Shown: in pieces, positions 11,601 through 24,763 of the stretch
Layout of the letters: each line of letters starts with the position of its first letter
How positions within the stretch are numbered: the first letter of the stretch is position 1
NCBI GenBank assembly: GCA_973895155.1
Contig: OZ316894.1
Span: forward strand, 17,142,563-17,206,562
Length of the DNA stretch: 64,000 nt
Reading direction: 5' to 3'
From: Marsupella aquatica
Taxonomy: Eukaryota; Plantae; Marchantiophyta
Notes under the pieces: model-generated
What the model saw: only the letters and a program-made list of their open reading frames with translations
Told to the model about the DNA's origin: nothing
The model's database searches: none
Made by a program: the position numbers and the translations under genes

Positions 11601-12963
11601 CCATTAGCAGAGCTCCACTGATGGCCATTTGCTTCTAAAACTCCAAGTGAAATGAGATTTTTCATCATGCTGGGAATATGTCTCACATTCCTCAACGTTC
11701 TCACAACACCATCAAACATCTGAAATCTTACAGATCCAAGTCCAACAACTTGACATGGGATTCCATTTCCCATCAACACTGACCCGTTGAAAACCGTGTA
11801 AGAACTGAAACAATCTCTCCTAGAGCAAATGTGAAAAGTACATGCACTATCTAGAATCCAATCATCACTACCTGGATTTGACATTACGTTGAGAGCATAA
11901 CCTTGACATCACAATATGTCATCATCATCGAGTAAATCTACCTCATGCGAGCTCGATGCCGCATTAGCAGAGGTAGTAGGGACCTTTACTCGACAATCCC
12001 TTTTCATGTGGCCAGGCTTGCCACAATTCCAACATGCAAGAGGCTTCCTCTCTTGCGATTTTCCTCTGGATTTAGATCTCCCCCGTGATGTAGATCTAAA
12101 CCTGTTCTGTCCATTCGTGCGCTGCGCTACTCTTCCCCTGTTCACATTGAGCGCAATGCCAGAAGAAGATGTTGTCTGTGATTGACCCAGCTTCTTCTGA
12201 GCATCATCAGATAGTAATGAGCTCACCACCTCATTATATGAAATGGACTTCAGATCTCTGTACAAGAGAACCTGTTTCAAGCCCTGATAAGACGACGGTA
12301 AGGAGCTTAGCAGAAGCAAGGCCTTATCCTCATCTTCAACTCCTTTTTCCAGGTTTGACAGATCCACCGCTAGACTGTCAAACTCATCCAGGTGATCCTG
12401 CATCTTGCTCCCTTCCTTGAGCCTGAGGCTCATCAAGAGGGACTTCTTGTACAGCCGGTCTGACGCATCTTCCCGGTAGTACTTCTCTCTTAGAGCCTTG
12501 AACAGTGACGCGCAATCCGCATAATCATCCAGCTGCTTGATGATGTGCGGCTTGAGATATAGCATCACTGCATTGACAGCAATCACCTGCTCTTGTCTCC
12601 ATTGCCTCACTGAAATCTCCTCCTCTCCATCATACTGCTCTCGCGATGAAAGCAGATGAGCTAAGCCCATGGCCCGTAGAACACCCTTCACTTGCTTCTC
12701 CTAGAGCAAGTAATCAGTACGACCATCGTACTTCTCCACCTCAACTTCACTCCTCCAAATCTAGCCATCTCCCTCTTCTTCCCTACTACCGACAGCTCTG
12801 GTAGTAACATAGATTCCTCCACTGCACGCCGCACCGGTGATCGTACTGGTGTTATAAGGTCCTCCTCAAACAATAGCAGCTCCTCCTCAGACTCTCCGTC
12901 TGACCGTCGCGATCCTGAAGCTCCACCGATGCCAATTCTTCTAGTATCCTCCGAGTCACTCAT
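8691..12963 (-). pseudogene. copia gag-pol polyprotein, interrupted
   Basis: Gag EVEKYDG..; CCHC knuckle CWNCGKPGHMKRDC; protease WILDSACTFH; HHCC LWHFRLGH..CEHC; integrase HSDVWGP / LRLDNGGEY / QNGVFERLNRTL; RT YKARLVAKGF, QMDVVTAFL, YVDDML; RNase H YVDSDY, TEAEY, CDSQSA, NPADAFTK. Stops at ~12701, 11909, 11144 and 9510; frameshifts near 12740 and 10200. Confidence 0.93.
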
Positions 12964-14527
12964 ATGAAACAATCACGAAAAAACGTCTTTTTTTGAAACT
13001 TCTCATAAAACTCAAAACTCAACACCGCCGCGTAGCCCATGAAGCTAGGAGTCCAATACTGAAATCCAAAATCAAAAACGAAATTCGACGAAAAAGTTAT
13101 ACAAATTTTGGTCGGGGTGGGTAAAACCTTGGGAAACTCCCCCGTTTTGACCACCTCGGAGAATAACCAAAATACCAAGTACAACCTGTCGTCGGAATCG
13201 TGATGTGATCGGTGCGCCGCGTTGCTAACTCCAGTGGCAACGTCCTCACCAAAAAAGAACCAAAAAAGTTACCGTGCGGCGGACGAAATCTTTGTGTGAC
13301 AGCCGAAAAACAGCTCTCTATTTTTTTTTGGGAATATTCCCGCATAGTCCAACAGGGCTCACAGGGGGCCGTTCCTCCTGTCGGAGCGGTTAAAACGGAG
13401 GGTCACAGGGCCCGGGATGAGGCACAACCAATGAGGAGGAGGAGAGAATTTTTTTTTCTTCAGAAAAACACACTCTAAAGGGGTCTTAAAGCCCCTGGCA
13501 AAGGCGCGCGTATTTGCGATATCGCGCGCGTATTCGTGGCCAGAATCGCGTATAAAGAGCAAAAAACGTGAAAAAATGGGTGTAAAGGGGCCAAAACGTG
13601 CGTATTTTCGCGTTTTTGGGCCGTATTTCATGGGCTTGCCATTGCAAATTTCATGGGCTTACCATTGCAAATGGGCGTTTTTGGCCGTATTTGGGCCCCA
13701 AAAAGCATGTTTTCGCGCTTAAAGGGGTGTGGGAGGCCGGTGTGCGCACCGGGGCGTATGGTGAACCTGGTTTGTCGGGTATTGGGGCCGTATTGGGGAA
13801 AAAAATGCCCTAAACTAACCTTAAAAATGTGCCCAAAATGACACAAAGGCCGTGTTACAAACCTCAGCCGCCTCCGCTTTGGTTTCCAATGAGAAAAGTG
13901 ATGACCGCCGACATGAAAATGTTTCCGAATTGCACCGCACGTCTGAAGCTCCACCAGAGAAAGAACTTCAGTTGCGTCGCCTTCACTCCGCGTCAAGTGC
14001 CAATCCCGGACTCAAAACGACTGTCTCGCCACGATCTCTCCGTTGAGCCTCAGCACTTCGCGTTTCTTCCTCCGAGTCAAGCGTCACGACGAGTAATCCG
14101 GTTCAGGGAAAAACATGCACCATAGCTTGTCAAAAAACCAGAATGCCTCCTTCACTCGTCACGACGCACTCGTTTTGCAAACGTCAGCAAACTAGATACC
14201 AAAACGACCAGCACGCTCCAACCTTCAACTTGAACTATCACATGCGACGCCCCGCACACCGCACAGCTCACACCGTTGAAGAAACGATCTCTGGTTTCTC
14301 CCCCAAAATACCGTCGAACACGAATAAACCCTGAACGACGCAAACTTCAATTCCTCCGCACCACAGATACCGATCAGCGAGCTCTAACCACCGTTAGAAT
14401 GCCCTCTCACTAACCTATCCGCTCAGCCACACACAATCAAGTTTCATGCGATGAAACTCTGAATGTACCATCGACAATGAACGCTGGAAAAACCTGTCAC
14501 GAAAAAACCTCGTCACCTCCCAGGCAT

Positions 14528-14539
14528 GCTCTGATACCA
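14528..14539 (-). other. Primer-binding site complementary to initiator tRNA-Met
   Basis: TGGTATCAGAGC on the - strand, 2 nt from the 5' LTR. Confidence 0.95.
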
Positions 14540-14541
14540 CT

Positions 14542-14885
14542 TGTTGAGCATAGACGACATTTGCAATGGCAAGCCCATGAACCATCCAACGCACAATAGT
14601 CGACACAGAGAGATACGTGGTTCACCTCCACATGAGACTACGTCCACGGGAACACACAAGAGCTTTACTGCACTCTAGGCCGACCGGCCATACCAAGCAT
14701 CCACAACACAAGCTCTCCCTATCTCTCAACTAGCTCCGTAACAATGAGCCTAAGTTTCACCAGGGTCTGGCATCAGCCCTGGCTATATACACAACAGCAC
14801 TACCGCTAACATTAGCTAAGTCCTAACCCGAGTTAGACTAACCGTGGTTAGCACATGAGTCACAAGACTAGAGCAATATCTAACA
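14542..14885 (-). repeat. 5' LTR of the copia element
   Basis: Matches 8141-8484 apart from 3 transitions. Confidence 0.97.
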
Positions 14886-17708
14886 ACTCACAACATTTGC
14901 AAATATACACTCAGAATGCAATGTGAGGGAATTTATGATTCAAAATGGAAAACGTTCTGCACTAAGATATAGGAAGGCAGAAATTAATCAGGATGTATTA
15001 GTTTGGTAGAACTTAGGGCGACGGAAGATATATCTAGGGTGCAAAATTCCATGATTTGGGTATTTAAGTTATGCAGAAAGGGGGTTAAAGAAACAATCAT
15101 ACACATAGATAATGAAATTGTGTACAATGTGGGTATAATGGAGGAAACTTGGAAAATTGTGATTTCAAGTAGTGTTCTCTAATAGGGGTGCATTCATAAA
15201 TTGTTTGTAACTCCCATGAGATGTCTTGGTTTGGAGATCAGTAATCTTTGATGCTGATTTTCTAGAATGGTGAAGGTAAGTCATACAGCCAAGATAAATG
15301 CAGAGGTGCACAAATTAAAACACTTGTACCCTAATCACTGTAAGTGGACATCTTATAAATGCCAAAAGGAAACTGAGTGCTATTTCCTTATAGAAGTAAC
15401 ACATACATATAAAGTACAATTTGTTTTCAGCAGTTTTAATACCGCACCTCAGGTTGGAGGATTGCCAATCCCTGTCGGTAATCACACATCAAAATGTGAT
15501 AGTATAGAGGGTACTCTCACTGATTTAAAGAAAATAATGATTGGGACACAATTTGCTGAAGGGTGATGACTTCCCCTCATCTCATTATTGTTAATATTGA
15601 TCCTCCACACCAAGCAACTAAGATTTTGCTCCAATCTATGCAAGCATTAGTACAGTAAGTTCCAATAATGACCCCATAAATAATATTATATTAAAATAGT
15701 CTTTGAATTGGGGATTCATTTCCAAACTTCTTATTCCAGATGAGACCAAAATGTGGAGGAATACAATTATCGACATTTTCAATGCATCTTTGTAATTGCA
15801 TATAACAATGTGATAATATATGGTGTAAGATGTCACTCCACACGATGCTAAACTCAATTATTTTTATTCTCGATAAATCCCTGAGCGTTCTAATATGCAT
15901 TTGACTGTCAGTTTTTGATGTACAACAACCTATTCACTTGGGTAAGTCTCAGAAGTTGCCATCAGGGGAAAAGTTTAATATGTGAAATTTGGCATCACGT
16001 GATTCGTCCAAGTGTCGCCAATTATCATCATATCTGTACTTCCGTTTGTTATTGTATGTCACTCTGAAGGGCAATGGCTTAGTAAACATGGGCATTGCAG
16101 ACGACAGTGCTACGTTGGCATGAAGTGTATCCTTTTCAGCTTGCGTGACGGTCGCTAAATTAATTGCACAGCAATGAGAGATTTGCTTAAAATATCTGAG
16201 TGACTCAATGATTACGATGGATAATGTCTATTGGAGAACACTGTCTCTTTCAAGTATACAAAACTCGTCCCAACTCCATTGATATCCCACGAGATTTCGC
16301 CTGGTGCACGAAGTTCTCCATGATTGATTCCAGAGCGTGTGAAACAGAAAGCTCTAATTTGTCGGAATGCCCTTAATTTGTGTGAATTGAAAAGCTGGCC
16401 CAATCAACTGAATACATCAGTGAGTAACGTCTGTTGACGATTCTCTTTAGTCAATAAATTAATATCCGGACGATCCAACTAGTTTTTGTGTGGAGCTTCT
16501 CGTTTCACACAACGGTAATCTCGTTTGCAATCCCAACCAAACCTTGTGCTTGATTACTGTCCTCACACCAATCTTCTGAGGAACATGGCACAATGGTGTC
16601 TCGAGTGATCGCGGGATCAATTCCAATCAGCTGGTAACTCATTCGACCCCGTCCACGTTCCTTTGGTGATTGCAAAATCACACATTCAACATTCTGAATA
16701 AAGACTGACCACCGTCTGAGTCCTGAATATGTTGGCATTAAGCTTGAATAGTTACTAAACAGTAGGTCCAAAACAGAGAACCGACTATCCCATCCATTCT
16801 TAACTCTAATTAAAGATTGGAGGTGTCTTACCATTCGGCTTCAAAAATTGCAGAAGTGACCAAAGTTGAGTATAATTTTTGGCACACAAATCGTAGTCAA
16901 GCGGTCGGTCTCGTCGTGATGGCAACTATACTCAGACGAGGAAAAACATCTGCTGCACTTTAAACTTTCTGCGGTCTGAAGAAGCCTCCTCTACACTGGA
17001 GATGCCATCATCATCAACCACGGGCCGTCGCGCATGAACTCAGGTCCAATGTGAACTGGGTACAAATTAATTAAGGCGACTTAATTACGATGCATTCGAT
17101 TACGATGCATTCGATTAAACCTGTTGGTTCATGATGACGGCATCTCCGATATAGATGAGGCACAACCAATCCAGTGCTCGATCTATCATTTCTTCGAACG
17201 TCCCCTAGTCATTTGAGCCTAGCTCGAAATCCAGCCATAGCTAAAACGTTCGCTCGTGCTATAAGTCCTTTCCAACAACCTGCAAGAAACTCTGAAGACG
17301 ATATTCACCAATATAGACAGCTCAAGACAACAGTTAGCAATGGAATCGGTGAGAAATCTCGATCTAGCAATCTTCAATTGGGTAGGTCTCTACGTTCTAG
17401 TATTGAACTGAAACCTGCGAGAACAGATCCCCACTACACGCTGATCAACGACGTTGGCACCACGAAGACATTCTACTCCCATGCATTTCGCTTCCCGGGT
17501 AATTGCACATCAAAATGCTGTAGCCCCATACTTAGAAAGAACAACACTATCAAGTGATTAAAAGACTGATCGGGTTTATCTTTCAACCGGGCATGCGCTT
17601 ACCAAGAAGCACAGTACAATGCTGTTTTTGATGAGCAATTACCGTCAGGCATGCATTTCCTGCTGATCAGTTGTGTTCCAGTCTAATTAAGAAGAAAACC
17701 TCGGCCCG

Positions 17709-17980
17709 GAAACCGAATCTGAGAAACTCACAAACTATTACGGAATATACATACCTAAAAGCACAACCGAGCTTGCAGCATTGGACCGGCCGGCGGAGAA
17801 TTCCACAATGAGAATCCGACCTGGAACCTTTACAGTAATCAATTCAGAACCCCGTTCAGAACTGAATCTGCGAAACCCACAAACGATGACGGAATCTACA
17901 TAGTTTTGAGTAGAACCCAGCTTGTAGCACTGGACCGACCGGAGCTGAATTCACGATTGAGAGTTCGATCTGGAACCGTC
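17709..17980. repeat. Old tandem duplication, two copies with ~149-bp period
   Basis: gaatctg(a/c)gaaac(t/c)cacaaac(t/g)at(t/g)acggaat(a/c)tacata...agcttg(c/t)agca(t/c)tggaccg...ctggaacc occurs twice. Confidence 0.75.
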
Positions 17981-20900
17981 ACATCACTCCAGGAACAAAC
18001 TAGAGGACTGAGTGGACACGTTGATTATGAAAAACCATGCGACCTGAGCAGTCACCGGATCAATATTATTAACCAACACCAGACAGAAGACTGATGCAGA
18101 TGATCAAGCACGCAGAGACGGGCATCGGTCACCGTTGCGTCATTCAAGCTGAACGACAACGACATTGACTTAGCTACTACTTGTCGAGCTCTTCCATTTA
18201 TAGATGGAAATTGATCGAGTCGATACGATCAGCTCGTCAGTTGCAAGGGGCGCACCGATCGAGGTGGCCACTGAGTGGATTTGATCGAGGATTGGCCAGG
18301 AAAATTTCCAAATTGAAAGATCGTTGTCAAACCTAGTCGTCGACACCTATTCCAGAAGTCGACAAAGTCCAGTTTATCGTCGACCGCCCCACGTTTCTTC
18401 ATCAGTCTCTTAGACTGATCACACTATCGTCATCAACGTTCCCGCCTAATACTGTAGCTCGATCCCATCGTAGCTTGTGACGACTGTCAGCGACTCACCA
18501 GCAGCTTTACCGCTCACGAGAACGTTGACCCCGTTCAAGGGAAGATAGAAAATGCAACAACAAGAATGTGCATGCTCATTAGCACCAATTGCAACTTGAT
18601 CATTCTGTTAAAACCTCGCCTTCATCAGTGCTGACTTTTTGAAAACCGAACAGTTATTACTGACTATACAAAATCCATTCCAGCGCTTCTTTATGGCCGT
18701 CGTAGCGTCGATACTCGATAGTTTCCTCGGACACTAAGTGGCAAGGGAATATTGTCGGAACGTGCTGCCTAGCAGACTTGTCACGAGGAGTACAGTAACA
18801 CTAACTTAACAAACGTAGGATGGAGCAACGCATCTCGTGCTCGGTCACGAGACTCTTTCTTTAGATGGAACATGAGATTCTGGAGGACAGGAAGTTGGAA
18901 TTTCGAAATCATGCGACGCTTTTCTCTAGAGAATCATAGAAAGTGGGGTAGTGAGTGAGTGAGTGAGTTGACCCTGGATGGCTGGATCCGCCTTCTGTCA
19001 CAAGTACGTACAGTACTACCTCGAAACAGTAACAGAAGTAACGTTAGAGGACAGATGTGCCGTACCTGGCAAGTTGAAGAATCACGGATGAGGGTTGTCT
19101 GCTGTTGACATGGATGACAGCAGAATAATGGATGTTTCGTTGAACGTCAAAACTGATTTCTCCATCATATCAGGGGGCACTTTACAAGAACGACCGGACG
19201 CTTCTGTGCTACCATTTGCCCCATTGCAATCCTTGACTGAATTCTCTCATCCTATCGCGCTTTGGCAATCATGATCCTTTCCTCCTTCAATCCTTCTGGC
19301 TGTGCTGAAGCGAGCCGAGCTTTTGTGTGTGCTTTGCACATTTTTGAGTTTTTAATTGTTTCACAAAAAATATCTTCCCAGGTACAAGACAACCAATCTT
19401 ATTCTATCCCCTTCACATTTCTTTTCGAAAACAGAAAACTCGGTGCCATTTATTAATGGAGTTATCACAAAAGAACAATTATTGACCACAGAACGCAGAT
19501 CTCTCCCATTGTATTGTAACTGCATCATGTGCAGGCCAGTCATCTCTTCCCATCGTATTACAGTTTCTTCCTTGTAAATGTCTTAAGTGCATCTCTATCT
19601 TCACTAAACACAAATATAGAAGCGAATATTCATCCACAAGCATTTCTGAGTTACTGCAGAGATTACACAAGATGCTTTTAGTGATAAGAGTTTGCAATGA
19701 TTACATAGAGTATTTACATTCACTTATCCATTTCGTAAGGTGCTGGATGAGGGTTTAGGGTACATGAGGACTTATGGTGTAGGACTTGATAGTAGGTTTC
19801 CAATGACATGGTAATTCCAGATTGCCATGTCAACCTCATTTTCCAGGTGATTGAGAGGGCAAGACATTGAGCTGAAATCCCCCTACTTATTGGGTAGTGC
19901 ATACCATGATGCTCAAGCCTGCACTTAACAACGTAGACTGTATTAGCTTCAATCTACGATGAAACCTATCAGGTCCGTGACCAAATTGGACTCCTAAATT
20001 GATTCAAGAATATAGACTGTTCATTGAAAACTGAAATATTTCTTCTGTCATCCATAAAATAGATTCTCGAGGAAGACTAATTATATTGAATTTTGGCCAT
20101 TTCTATCTCCAGAAAGTGAAGCCCGGGTGGACTGCCATGTTGGACATAGTGCTTCTGAGTACCACATTTTGGTGGTCCATGGAGTTTTGAGCTTATAACT
20201 TGATGTTTATGAGTCTTGAATTTTTTTTTAAGATTTTCACTGGCTATGCAACTAGAGAAGGAGTATACATGAGGAAACATAAGCCCAAATATTTAATATT
20301 GACACAACAAAAATTAATCTAATATAACTTACCCCTCCGCATTCCATGATGAATAACTCAACCACAATGGCCAAAATTCACTGTCACTTTGGTGGAAGTG
20401 TAACTTACCTACTCCTCTAGCACATACTCAGAACTAAAAAACATTTGAACTTATGAAGATCAAGCTATTACAATTAAACTTAAATTATGGGAGATGTGAT
20501 CCATGGGGCTTTCAAAAAGACCAACTTGGTGGTGAATGGGAGCATCGTTTTCCTCTCTCCATGAGGTAGAAGAAAAGGCTTAGCTATACATGTAAGCTAT
20601 GGTTTTGGAATAGATCCAATGGGAGGGGCTACCCCAGCCATCAAAGGAGTACCGATCATCCTGCCCTCCTCAAGGTCCTGGTTATCAATGGTGCTTGCAA
20701 TTTCGATTTCCTACCAAACCCAAAAGGTTAAAACATATTGCCTGTAAACTCTAGCCTCTAAACACCACCTTATCAGCTTTGAAGGGACAATGTTGGGTCT
20801 TGAGAAATCATCAACTGTACAGGCTTAGCTAGATCACGTATAGTACTTATGAAGTATTTACTACACTTTAATTAGATCTCCTCGGTCGCATCCAAATCTT

Positions 20901-22129
20901 CATTAATGAGCTCATAAAGAAGGATCTCGTGTTGGTCGTGTGACCTTGGAGGGCACAAATGTTCCGTAATGGGAAACAACCAAAATCAAAATGAAAGCTT
21001 TCGAAAGTTTCATGAGTGTTAGCCAATTCTTTTTTTAACTGCCCAAATAATCCCATGTCTCCTTGTGGTCCCTGACCCTGCCGAGGGATTGTATGATGTG
21101 AGCAAAGAAAAGTTTTTGTTATGAAGGAGAATATTGTCAACAAATCATGAGTGATTTTTAATATTTCTTGATGTTAACTGACTTTTGTTTTTTACTCGAT
21201 GCTAAGACCCCATATGGGGCTTATCAAAAGAGGAGTTCCAAACTTGGGTTTTACTTGGAGGCCTTGGTGAGCAAAGGTATTTATTCGATCAAGCAAATAC
21301 CTTTGCTCAGAGACCTCAGATTTTTGGGTGACCTATCTGAGAGTTCTTGTTTCACTCTAGCCTATTGCAAAGGGATCCTTGATGGATGACGTGAGTTTAG
21401 GCCAGTTGGAATGTCACTTATACCCGTTGACTAAAGTGGGTTGTCAAAATAGATGATGGTAACTCTTAAAGTATGATTTTGGACTCGACTGAAGGTTGGT
21501 TCAAAGGGCACTTTAATCATTTAATACTTTTTAAATGATTTCCTCGCTGCAGTGCTTGTTGTGATGGAGATTTTTCTTAAAAATAGGGCTTGCAGTATGT
21601 ATTTATGTCATTCTCTTGTTGCATGGCAGGTACATGTGATTAATGTTTTTTCTATTTGTCACAATACTACTGTTTTCATGCCTCTGTTCAGATAATAAAC
21701 TCGGGGAAGCTCTTTCAATTCAATGGCTATCATCGCACCCAGAGTCGGAGCATACTGGTTCAGTCTCCCTCAAGGCTGCCTCAAGGTGGCTTTATGCCCT
21801 GGAGGGCAAATGCCTTCCACCCACATGGGGAGTATTCTTCTTCTGGTGCTCAAAGGGTACCTCTGGGCATTTGCTGCAAGAGCAAATAGCTGTTGAGCGA
21901 CCGCCAAGACCTAACCATTATCCTAACAAATCAGATGTGCTCTTTGGTCACTTTCGTAGCACCAGCCGCCTCCACTCTTGGGTCCATTGAGCGAGGGGTA
22001 GGCTGCCTGACTTTGTTCCAATCCTCCCGTCCTCTTGCATGGCCTCTGTCTCTGGGGATGGCCTCTCCTTGTGCATAGAAGCAAAGGCTCTGTATAGCGA
22101 TAGGCCATCCCTGGTGGGGCTCAAATTAA

Positions 22130-22295
22130 GTCACCTTGAGGGAGACTAGAACCCAACACAGGGTGCAATGATGGCCATTGGATGTGAAGGAGCTAACTTG
22201 GGCTAATCTTCTTAAACCCTAACCAAAAACAGTGACTAATAAATAGAAAAAATCAATGGCAAGGTCATATTATGCCCCAAAAGAGTGGCAATCAG
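22130..22295. repeat. Solo arm of the foldback/MITE family that also flanks the MULE
   Basis: gtcac..gggagact...gccattggatgtgaaggagctaac...atgcc..aaaagagtggcaat matches 57434-57612 and, as reverse complement, 45745-45895. Confidence 0.7.
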
Positions 22296-24763
22296 ATATT
22301 TCCCAGATATGCAATTGTCACATTGCCAAAGAAGAAAAGGGGCCAGACCAAAGATAGGATCCCAAAGGCAAGAGACCCAACAAAGGGCTTGCAATTAGAC
22401 TCTGTTTTACAAAGATGACAGTTGGGGAGACACTAGAAAGAAGACTACATTTCTAAGTAGATAACATACAAATCACACTGCCAAAAACAAAGGGCCCGCC
22501 AACTATGAGACACTATCCACAGGTTTGAGACCAATAAAGAGAGAAGACCAGCGAGCCAAAGAGTCAGAGTCAAAACACAACTTGTGGTTTCCCATGATAC
22601 TTAGTATATCAGGCAATAGACAAGACGTTGTGGTATCCAATTATGACATTAGTATCATAATTTGTCCTATATGTTCCTTTAGTTACTTTTAGTCCACATT
22701 GGATGCTCTATAATTTGGTTTAACCTTTACTAGGCTTTTCAATTTAATGTCAAGTAGGGCTTTACTTCCTTTGTAGTTGTGTAAGGTTTGGTTTCTTGGC
22801 ACTTTGGTCTTGAGTTTTCTCTTGTTTCCTTTTCAAAAGCATAGGGCTTGATGTTTAGCCCATGCAAGAGAACATAGTAAAGCAATCCATGTTCTTTCCC
22901 TAGCCATGCCATCCAGGTTTACATTGTGAGGCCACGGCCTTGACTGATTTGTATGGTCTACATCCGCATCCTTATGATCAACTGTCTTCCCCTCTTCCTT
23001 GAGAACTTTGAGCCAAACTAGGATTTACGTTTTAATGGTGAAGACCATCTGATACATGCCTTACTAGACACTTTGTGTTTTTGGCGAGGGGCCATCTGGC
23101 TACATTTGTGATCACTTTTGAGATTTGTTCTACACTAATGAGGATACTCAGTTAGGCTTTCCAGTCTGCTTTTAATTTCCCATTGCAGGTGTATTGTTGT
23201 AGTGCATTTGCCTACTCAAGTTTTGTAAATTTTGGGGAGCATGTGGCTTAATAGCCATGCCTAAGACTTCAAGAGATGTTCGCCCATAATTGCTATTGGA
23301 GAGATTTTCTATGTCTCTTGTCTCAGACTTCTGTAATCTAGTCACAACATTGTTTTGCACAGGGTTTTGCAATATCCAATCATCTAGCTTCACATCAGTT
23401 TGCAGTTAGAGTGCCTCAAGGATGTGAGACAGTCATTGTGGACATCAAAGGAACCATTGACATACACCTTGATTGGGTTCTGCTCCACTTGGATGTCTTT
23501 ACTGCTTTCAACATAGTCTCATGGACAACCATATTTTGTGCATTGAGATAGAGTGCAGATATATGTATAAAGTCTCTTATTCCATTTTGAAAGTGTTTTT
23601 GTGGATTGATGACCCCCCTTATATCTGAGCCATCACAACTCTAGAGGAGAGTACACCACTATTTCTTCTGCACAAGGTACTAGCCAGGGAGATCCTTTGG
23701 GCAACCCACTTTTGTCATTGCATTTTTTTTCATTTTGGGTCAACCCTTGTTCACCCTATGTGCATCTTCCTCTTTGGATGACACCCACATCATTGGTCCA
23801 TATGATCAGGTTGATTAAATTCTCTAGCCACCATCTCAGCAGAACTGGTGGCACTCAGTTTAAGGGATCATCCCAAGACCAGGGTACGCATGGATTCCTT
23901 CAAAGTTACAGTCAGATTTAGAGGTTTCACCGGCCCTGGATCTTATGTCCAGTGGGAGGTCTTCAACTCCTAGGCTCACTCCTGGGTATTGCTACCATAA
24001 TAAATGCTCATTTCTAGTGCAGATGCTCCCCGAGGCCCCATTTCAACCCTACGCCCCACTAAGAGTAAATTCACACGATGAAGGTCCTGAAAACTGTGGG
24101 AGCTGAAAGCGCTGACGACTTGTGGATGAGTGCTCACCCTTTTTTCTTTTTTGGGCGTCTGGTGCATTGGCTTATGAGGAACTTTGGACTATTGTGTTGC
24201 TTCCGTTTCGGAAGCGGTTTCTGAGCAGATTAAGATTTGCATCGCTAATTTTCCTCGTCTGAGTGCGGAGTTATGTGTTCCAGATCAAGATTAGGGCTTG
24301 CGACTATTTCTCTTTCTCCAGGATCACTGTGATTTGAGGTGTAGACGGACTGAGGGAATTACAGCAATTCTCACCTCATTCCGCGGCATTGATATTGGAT
24401 TACACCCAAAGTTCGAGCGCTGCATTAACACCTGATTCCTGGCATCTTCACTGTGCTATCTTGCTTGGAGCTACTTAGGTCCTATCCCTGGATTAGCAAT
24501 CCGGGATTTGATTATGTTCATCAAGATTACCGGAAACTGATTTGTGTTACGATTGTTCTGGAGCGGTCTTCCCTGGCTGCCCGGTGAGTTACTTCGTTGT
24601 CCCATCTGTTTAAAGTTTACTATTCTACTTACATTCCGATTATGGCTGACATGAATCGTGGAGCAGTGCTTATCGACCCCACTCGGATTCCCGGTTTGCT
24701 GCCTCCCAACGGGATGCTGAAGGAGGTGCTGGTTACTGGGCTAACCTTGCGTCCCCGAGAAGG

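Larger units (their letters stand above)
8141..14885 (-). mobile_element. Full-length Ty1/copia LTR retrotransposon, recently inserted, coding region disabled
   Basis: Two 344-bp TG...CA LTRs differing at 3 positions; tRNA-iMet PBS; PPT; gag-PR-INT-RT-RH domain order; flanks actct / actca (5-bp TSD, 1 mismatch). Confidence 0.97.

Noticed and set aside
12960-14606. Many overlapping short ORFs in the copia leader (possible extra or env-like gene)
   Set aside because: Expected in GC-rich sequence. None is long or has motifs, and env-like ORFs lie 3' of pol.
16000-19330. Conserved plant miRNAs (miR408, 156/529, 160, 166, 171, 319, 390)
   Set aside because: No matching mature sequence or convincing long hairpin found by eye, so no ncRNA feature was called.
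20300-24000. Possible very old retroelement coding remnants and short shared fragments (ggcaagagacccaa at ~22367 and ~36577; inverse at ~31583)
   Set aside because: Too degraded to assign boundaries or family by eye.
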